Positions 58,669-64,000 of a stretch of 64,000 nucleotides of DNA are shown here, one piece after another. The notes beneath the pieces are model-generated. The model did not search any database and had not been told where the DNA came from. It saw only the letters and a list, made by a program, of their open reading frames with translations. Both the position numbers and the translations under genes were made by a program. The stretch covers positions 576,001 to 640,000 of the forward strand of contig CAXXTB010000001.1 in NCBI GenBank assembly GCA_963676795.2, read 5' to 3'. Source of the stretch: Geopsychrobacteraceae bacterium (GTDB lineage: Bacteria; Desulfobacterota; Desulfuromonadia; Desulfuromonadales; Geopsychrobacteraceae). Position 1 is the stretch's first letter. Every line of letters starts with the position of its first letter.

Positions 58669-58908
58669 ATGATGAATGATCTCTTCCTGCCTATAATCGC
58701 TTTTGTTGTCTATATCACTGGCGGTCTGCTGACTTTTGCCGGGATTGTCATGATCCTGCTGTTGCGGGGAAAAAATCTGTGGGGCTGGGGTGATGCCTAT
58801 GGGATTGGTTTCTTAAGTGTCTTTATTGGTCTGGTTCTGTGCATTCTCGGGGTTCTGATCCTCCGGATCGTCAGAAATCGGGACCTCAGGAATTTTGAAG
58901 ATTCCTGA
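58669..58908 (+). CDS. Small two-TM membrane protein
   Basis: 79-aa ORF with two hydrophobic helices and a basic tail, filling the cbcL-imcH gap. Confidence 0.7.
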   Translation: MMNDLFLPIIAFVVYITGGLLTFAGIVMILLLRGKNLWGWGDAYGIGFLSVFIGLVLCILGVLILRIVRNRDLRNFEDS

Positions 58909-58929
58909 GTGTTTTACTGTCCCGCAGGG

Positions 58930-58958
58930 TTGACGCTTGCCCATTCCAGATCTAGTCT
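58930..58958 (+). promoter_or_regulatory. Putative sigma70 promoter of imcH
   Basis: TTGACG-17 nt-TAGTCT. Confidence 0.5.
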
Positions 58959-59052
58959 TTATTTACAGCTTCTTTATTCTTCAATTTAAAAGCAGTCCCT
59001 GCCACAGTGTATAGCGGTTTTTGACGTTCAGCTCTTCCGGGGAGGTCTGCTT

Positions 59053-60507
59053 ATGTTGGAAAAGCTTGTCGATCTTCTGAAAACCTTCATTCATGCCATT
59101 CAGTGCAGCAGGCTGGCGATATCCGGGGCAATCCTGGTGACGCTGGTCTTCCCCTTTCTGGCTGCGGCCGTTCTTTATGACAGCTTTTTACATCTGGAAA
59201 ACCCCTATTTCGGTGGTTTCATCTATATGGTCCTTGGACCGCTCTTCATCCTGGGTTTGATCCTGGTTTTCATCGGGGTTTTTCTGGCCCGTGGTCAGGA
59301 AGAGGTGAGGCTTTTTACCCTCGAATACCTGCGCCGTCAGCTGGCTGATGAAGGTGGCTACGACCGGATGCGCAAGATGATGTTTCTGGTTATTCTGCTG
59401 ACCGGAGTCAACCTGGTGATTGTCAGTGTCATTGCTTACAGCGGTTATCACTATATGGAGTCGAATGCCTTCTGCGGCGAGGTCTGTCATGTGCCGATGA
59501 CTCCGGAATATACGGCCTATCAGAACTCTCCTCATTCCAGGGTCGATTGCGTAGAATGTCATATCGGCACCGGAGCTTCATGGTTTGTCAAGTCAAAGCT
59601 CTCGGGAGCCAGGCAGCTGTATGCCGTGGTTGCCGATACCTTTTCGCGACCGATTGAAACCCCGGTCCATGGCCTGCGGCCGGCCCGCGATACCTGTGAA
59701 CAGTGCCATCGTCCCGAGAAGTTTCATGGCGACAAGCTGGTAATAAAGGATAAGTTCCTCGAGGATGAAAACAATACCCGTGTCCAGACCGTACTGCTGA
59801 TGAAAATCGGCAGTGCCGGGGACCTGGCTTCAAGCTCCCATGGGATTCACTGGCACGTCGCGCTGGAAAATCGTATCGAGTATGTTGCCGTAGACCGGGA
59901 ACGGCAGGTTATTCCGGAGGTCCGATTGAGCCGGGGGGGGGGATCTCCAGCGATCTATCGCAATGCGGATGCGGATCAGCTGATAGTCGATGCCGAGGAG
60001 ATGCAGGTCCGCGAAATGGATTGTATCGATTGCCATAATCGACCGAGTCATATCTATCTGTCAGCCGATCAGGCTCTCGATGCCAAACTGCTGATCGGAG
60101 AAATCTCTGTGGAATTGCCGTTTATAAAGAAGCAGGCGATGGCCATTATCGGCAAAGAATATGTTACCCATGAACAGGCCCGTGAATCGATTGCCGTTGA
60201 GCTAGACGACTTTTACCGGAAACAGTATCCCGATATCTACAGCACCCGGCGTGTCGAGCTTAAAAGGTCAATAGCTGGGGTGCAAAAGGCCTATACGGAA
60301 AATGTCTTTCCCGCCATGAAAATTGGCTGGCAGACCTATGCCAGCAACATCGGTCATACCTATGCACAGGGCTGCTTCCGTTGTCATGATGAAGAACATG
60401 AGTCGGAAGATGGAGCAACGATATCCATGGATTGCGAGACCTGTCATACGATCCTTGCCGAGGAAGAGGAAAACCCGAAGATTCTTCAGACCTTGTTGGG
60501 TATCTGA
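59053..60507 (+). CDS. imcH: ImcH-like NapC/NirT-family multiheme inner-membrane cytochrome
   Basis: Three N-terminal TMs; CGEVCH, CVECH, CEQCH, CIDCH, CFRCH, CETCH; LRPARDTC, GIHWH. Confidence 0.85.
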   Translation: MLEKLVDLLKTFIHAIQCSRLAISGAILVTLVFPFLAAAVLYDSFLHLENPYFGGFIYMVLGPLFILGLILVFIGVFLARGQEEVRLFTLEYLRRQLADEGGYDRMRKMMFLVILLTGVNLVIVSVIAYSGYHYMESNAFCGEVCHVPMTPEYTAYQNSPHSRVDCVECHIGTGASWFVKSKLSGARQLYAVVADTFSRPIETPVHGLRPARDTCEQCHRPEKFHGDKLVIKDKFLEDENNTRVQTVLLMKIGSAGDLASSSHGIHWHVALENRIEYVAVDRERQVIPEVRLSRGGGSPAIYRNADADQLIVDAEEMQVREMDCIDCHNRPSHIYLSADQALDAKLLIGEISVELPFIKKQAMAIIGKEYVTHEQARESIAVELDDFYRKQYPDIYSTRRVELKRSIAGVQKAYTENVFPAMKIGWQTYASNIGHTYAQGCFRCHDEEHESEDGATISMDCETCHTILAEEEENPKILQTLLGI

Positions 60508-60686
60508 GCCGATAAAAATTCGCTCTGTCTGTGACCCTCTCCCCGGACCGCGACATGCTGTCCGGGGATTTGTGTTCTGAAACAAAAATCTGGACACTTT
60601 CAGGGCTGACAGGCTTCCAGGGGACTGGTTATCTGACGGTGCTTCTGCTATGAATAGACGTTCTGACAATTTATCAAGGAGTCATC

Positions 60687-61268
60687 ATGGCAACTATAAA
60701 AGAAAAATTCTGGATCGATCCTGCCAAGGCCGCATTGGTCGTTATCGACGTTCAGGAAAAACTCGCCCCGGCAATGAACCCGAAGCTCTATGTCCGCCTC
60801 AAGGAAAACCTGCCGCTGTTGATCGAAGGCTGCAAGACCGTTGGCGTGCCGGTTATTGCGAGCGAACAGTATCCCAAGGGGCTTGGGGCTACGCTGCCCC
60901 TCTATCAGGCTGCAACCGAGGAGACCTGTGTCGCCAAGACCGCGTTCAGTTGCTGTGGCGAAGAGGATTTCGTCACTGCTCTGAAGAAAACCGGAGCGAC
61001 TCAGGTGATCGTGACCGGCATGGAGACCCACGTCTGTGTGCTGCAGACAGTCCTCGATCTGCTCGATCAGGGCTTGACCGTGCATCTGGTCAGTGATGCA
61101 GTGGCGTCGCGTTTCCTCAGTGACTACAGCAACGCACTGAGCCTGGCCACTCAGGCCGGGGCCGTGGTGACGACACTCGAAACCGTTCTCTTTCAGTTGA
61201 TCAAGGGAGCCGGTGAAGAGCACTTCAAAGCCATTTCGTCGCTGGTCCGTAAGAGACAGCACGGCTGA
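60687..61268 (+). CDS. Isochorismatase-family hydrolase
   Basis: IDVQEKL, EQYPKGLG.T, K..FSC, GMETHVCVLQT. Confidence 0.92.
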   Translation: MATIKEKFWIDPAKAALVVIDVQEKLAPAMNPKLYVRLKENLPLLIEGCKTVGVPVIASEQYPKGLGATLPLYQAATEETCVAKTAFSCCGEEDFVTALKKTGATQVIVTGMETHVCVLQTVLDLLDQGLTVHLVSDAVASRFLSDYSNALSLATQAGAVVTTLETVLFQLIKGAGEEHFKAISSLVRKRQHG

Positions 61269-61285
61269 TGAGCATTTAGGGACCT

Positions 61286-61723
61286 ATGTCGAATCTGATT
61301 TTGATTGTACTGATGGTTGCCGGTGGTGTCGCAGTCGCCGTGCAACCCTCGCTGAACGCCCGGTTGGCTGAAAAGACCGGGTTTATTCATGCCGCAACCA
61401 TCTCTTTTGCAGTAGGAACTGTCATCCTTTTTGTTGCCGCTGTGATGAGCGGGCAGGGGAGTTTCCGGCGCGTTGGTGATGCGGACTGGTGGCAGTTGAC
61501 GGGCGGTTTTTTCGGCGCTTTTTTTGTCGCTATGACCATTCTTGGTGTGCCGCGCATCGGGACCACGGCGGTACTGGCGCTGACCATTGTTTCCCAGTTG
61601 ATCGCAGGGCTGGTCATGGACCACTATGGACTTTTCGGCATGCGCGGAATACCGGTCGATCTTAAACGTATGGTCGGCGTTCTTCTGCTGGTTGCCGGGG
61701 CATACCTGGTCTGCAGGCAATAA
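61286..61723 (+). CDS. DMT-family (YdcZ/DUF606-like) membrane protein
   Basis: Q...NARL, SFAVG, WW..TGG..GA, Q......DHYG.FG. Confidence 0.88.
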   Translation: MSNLILIVLMVAGGVAVAVQPSLNARLAEKTGFIHAATISFAVGTVILFVAAVMSGQGSFRRVGDADWWQLTGGFFGAFFVAMTILGVPRIGTTAVLALTIVSQLIAGLVMDHYGLFGMRGIPVDLKRMVGVLLLVAGAYLVCRQ

Positions 61724-61770
61724 TTTTGCAGTCGTCTTGACATTGGGTCAGTTACTCACTCATAGTGGGT

Positions 61771-61791
61771 GTTGTTAAAATTATTAACAAC
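61771..61791. promoter_or_regulatory. Perfect palindromic operator candidate upstream of mbfA
   Basis: GTTGTTAA-aatta-TTAACAAC. Confidence 0.55.
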
Positions 61792-61828
61792 GGTATCTTG
61801 CCGTGCAATGTGATTAAGGAGGACCGAT

Positions 61829-62809
61829 TTGATCCCTGGAATATCTGGTGGTCGACGCCGTTTTGCGGACTTGACCGAGCAGGAAATCCTGGCGTTGTCC
61901 ATTTCCAATGAAGAGGACGATGCTCGTATTTACCGGCAATATGCCGAGCATTTACGTGCCGAGTTTCCAGCTTCGGCAAAAGTATTTGATGGTATGGCGG
62001 AAGAGGAAGATGTCCACCGTCAGCATCTGATCGATGCTCATAAGAAGAAGTTCGGTGACGTGATTCCGTTGATCCGTCGCGAGCACGTTTCCGGCTACTA
62101 CGCACGTAAGCCGGTCTGGTTGGTGAAGAATCTCAATCTCGAGAAGATCCGCAGCGAAGCTTACGAGATGGAGCGCCAGGCGGAACAGTTCTATCGCAAA
62201 GCGGCTCAGAAGGCGACGGATGCTGACATCCGCAAGCTGCTCGGTGATCTGGCGAAATTTGAGGCCGGACACTGTGAACTGGCCGGGACCCTTGAGGCGG
62301 AGCTGCTGACCGAAGATGAGCGTGGCGATGAGGATCGTGCCGCACATCGCCAGTTCGTCCTGACCTGGGTTCAGCCGGGGCTGGCGGGGCTGATGGATGG
62401 TTCGGTTTCGACCCTGGCTCCGATCTTTGCGACCGCTTTTGCGACCCATAATACCCATACCACCTTTCTGGTCGGTCTGGCGGCCAGTGTCGGTGCCGGT
62501 ATCTCGATGGGCTTTACCGAGGCGGCATCGGATGATGGTGAGCTTTCCGGACGGGGCAGTCCAGTCAAGCGCGGGATCTCGGCCGGGGTGATGACCACTC
62601 TGGGCGGTCTTGGTCACGCCATTCCGTATTTGATTCCGCATTTCTGGACGGCAACCATCGTTGCCCTGGTTCTGGTCTTCTGTGAACTCTGGGCGATTGC
62701 CTGGATTCAGAACCGTTACATGGAGACCCCGTTCATGCGCGCGGCGTTCCAGGTCGTGCTCGGCGGGGCGCTGGTCTTCGCTGCCGGAGCGCTGATCGGT
62801 GGCGGTTGA
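61829..62809 (+). CDS. mbfA: Iron exporter MbfA (ferritin-like plus VIT1/CCC1 domains)
   Basis: EILAL.IS.EEDD.RIY, EE..HR, E..H di-iron ligands; QPGLAGLMDGSVSTLAP, ISMGFTEA; AAGGAGG RBS with TTG start. Confidence 0.92.
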   Translation: MIPGISGGRRRFADLTEQEILALSISNEEDDARIYRQYAEHLRAEFPASAKVFDGMAEEEDVHRQHLIDAHKKKFGDVIPLIRREHVSGYYARKPVWLVKNLNLEKIRSEAYEMERQAEQFYRKAAQKATDADIRKLLGDLAKFEAGHCELAGTLEAELLTEDERGDEDRAAHRQFVLTWVQPGLAGLMDGSVSTLAPIFATAFATHNTHTTFLVGLAASVGAGISMGFTEAASDDGELSGRGSPVKRGISAGVMTTLGGLGHAIPYLIPHFWTATIVALVLVFCELWAIAWIQNRYMETPFMRAAFQVVLGGALVFAAGALIGGG

Positions 62810-62829
62810 CACATACGGGTTATAACAAC

Positions 62830-62862
62830 AAAAAGCTCTCCACTGATGTGGGGAGCTTTTTT
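62830..62862 (+). terminator. Rho-independent terminator after mbfA
   Basis: aaaaagctctccac-tgat-gtggggagctttttt. Confidence 0.85.
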
Positions 62863-62884
62863 GTATATTTCTGCTTTAAAATAA

Positions 62885-63285
62885 ATTCGGTTCTGCCCGT
62901 CAGATGAGCAAAGCTCATCGTTGGGCGCTCTGCATTCAGCTGGTGCATTGCTACGCAAGAAACGCAGGCTTACTTCCGACAATATAAAAGGGCGTTTTTG
63001 TACCCTTTTGAGGCCCGGGTCAAAAGGGTGTCGCCGGCGGGGGCGAGACCCCGCGACTTTGATTTTCAAATCGACAAACATCAAAATCAACACCAACACC
63101 AGAATCGGCGGGTCTCGTCCCGCCAGACGACACCCTTTTCTTTGTGTGCAAAGAAAAGGGTGCAAAAGAAACGCTAAAGTCAACGGCATCGGTGAGAGAG
63201 TGTTCGACGTATCTTCGCAGGCTTTGGTCAGCAACTCTCTTCACGCTCAGACAAGATGCTGCGCATCTTGAATTCGCGGAATCGC
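62885..63285. repeat. Composite inverted structured intergenic repeat, copy 2
   Basis: Same module order and spacing as 4969-5337, with different but still complementary stems. Confidence 0.8.
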
Positions 63286-63327
63286 AAAGCCGGTTCCCGG
63301 CTTGATAGTTGAAACAGGCTCAAACCT

Positions 63328-64000
63328 TTATGGTCGGCACTCCGCACACTGTGAGCGAAACAAGTTGGTGCTCAGGTAGCGGTCGCCGCGGTCCGGCAGC
63401 AGGGTGACGATGGTGCCGCTGTCGATGGTTTTGGCAACTTTCAGGGCGCCAGCGACGGCGGCTCCGCTTGACATTCCGACAAAGAGTCCAAGACCGGTTG
63501 CCAGTTTGCGGGCCATGCTGTAGGCCTCCTCATCTTCAACCAGCAATTTGCGATCGAGGAGCTGCTCGTCATAGATCTTCGGTACGATCGCTTCCTGCAT
63601 GTTCTTCAGTCCCTGGATCCTGTGCCCGAGTCCTGGTTCCACACCAATGATCCTGACCTGCGGAGCGACCTTTTGAAAGTAGCGACTCATCCCCATCAGG
63701 GTTCCTGACGTTCCCATTCCGGCCACGAAGTAATCGATCTCACCGCCACATTGCCGCATGATCTCCGGACCGGTTGTCTCAAAATGGGCCAACGGGTTGT
63801 TCGGGTTGCTGTACTGATCGGGCATGAAATAGCGATCCGGCTCTTCCTGAAGGATCTTGTGGGCCAGACGGATAGCTCCGTCGGTCATTTCACCCCCGGG
63901 GGAGAGCACGGTTTCTGCGCCGTAGGCTTCGAGAATACCGCGTCGCTCAATGCTGACGCAGGCCGGCATGACCAGCTTGACCCTGTAGCCTTTGGCGGCA
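63328..64000 (-). CDS. cysM: Cysteine synthase B-like PLP enzyme (5'-truncated at window edge)
   Basis: DQYSNPNN, GMGTSGTLMG, IQGLKNM, GMSSGAA, DRGDRYLST. Confidence 0.85.
   Translation of the reverse strand, partial: AAKGYRVKLVMPACVSIERRGILEAYGAETVLSPGGEMTDGAIRLAHKILQEEPDRYFMPDQYSNPNNPLAHFETTGPEIMRQCGGEIDYFVAGMGTSGTLMGMSRYFQKVAPQVRIIGVEPGLGHRIQGLKNMQEAIVPKIYDEQLLDRKLLVEDEEAYSMARKLATGLGLFVGMSSGAAVAGALKVAKTIDSGTIVTLLPDRGDRYLSTNLFRSQCAECRP

Noticed and set aside
62716..63271. ORFs 62716-63234, 62921-63271 and 63020-63244
   Set aside because: Translations of the repeat element; their similarity to 5088-5402 (GRDPA) comes from the DNA repeat.
63276..63305. CGCAAAGCC resembling a c-di-GMP-I riboswitch junction
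   Set aside because: Lacks the P2 GNRA stem and GGCAAA context; it sits between convergent 3' ends.
1..64000. Selenocysteine/pyrrolysine read-through, retroelements, prophage, IS elements
   Set aside because: No in-frame stop interrupting a recognisable domain, and no RT, integrase, transposase or phage protein was seen.

Overview
A 64-kb chromosomal window, most consistent with a Desulfuromonadales (Desulfuromonas/Geobacter-relative) bacterium. This is inferred from the split atpZIBE operon, CbcL- and ImcH-like multiheme cytochromes and abundant sigma54/HDOD signalling genes. In order it contains: gltB (5'-truncated)-gltD, a radical SAM gene, hipBA, rnfABCDGE, several housekeeping genes, a frameshifted RhlE-like DEAD-box helicase, a radical SAM / orphan sigma54 activator / TauE / MOSC-moeA-mobA region, an ArnT-GtrA-2xPAP2 envelope-modification cluster, a ~14-kb c-di-GMP / two-component / HDOD / FapA signalling island, cysK plus two trans-sulfuration genes, fadL, hemL-atpZIBE-cbcL-small membrane ORF-imcH, mbfA and a truncated cysM-like gene. 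No tRNA, rRNA, CRISPR array, transposase or phage gene was seen. The most unusual signals are: (1) a structured intergenic repeat family with covarying stems and conserved internal spacing (4969-5337, 62885-63285, fragment at 46886); (2) three palindromes at exact 49-bp spacing upstream of hipBA; (3) a complete sigma54 enhancer/promoter architecture ahead of a CheY/REC-HDOD/FapA block; (4) cbcL and imcH adjacent and next to the ATP synthase F0 genes; (5) a localised TTA-codon bias in rnf. All calls are by eye; no database searches were run.
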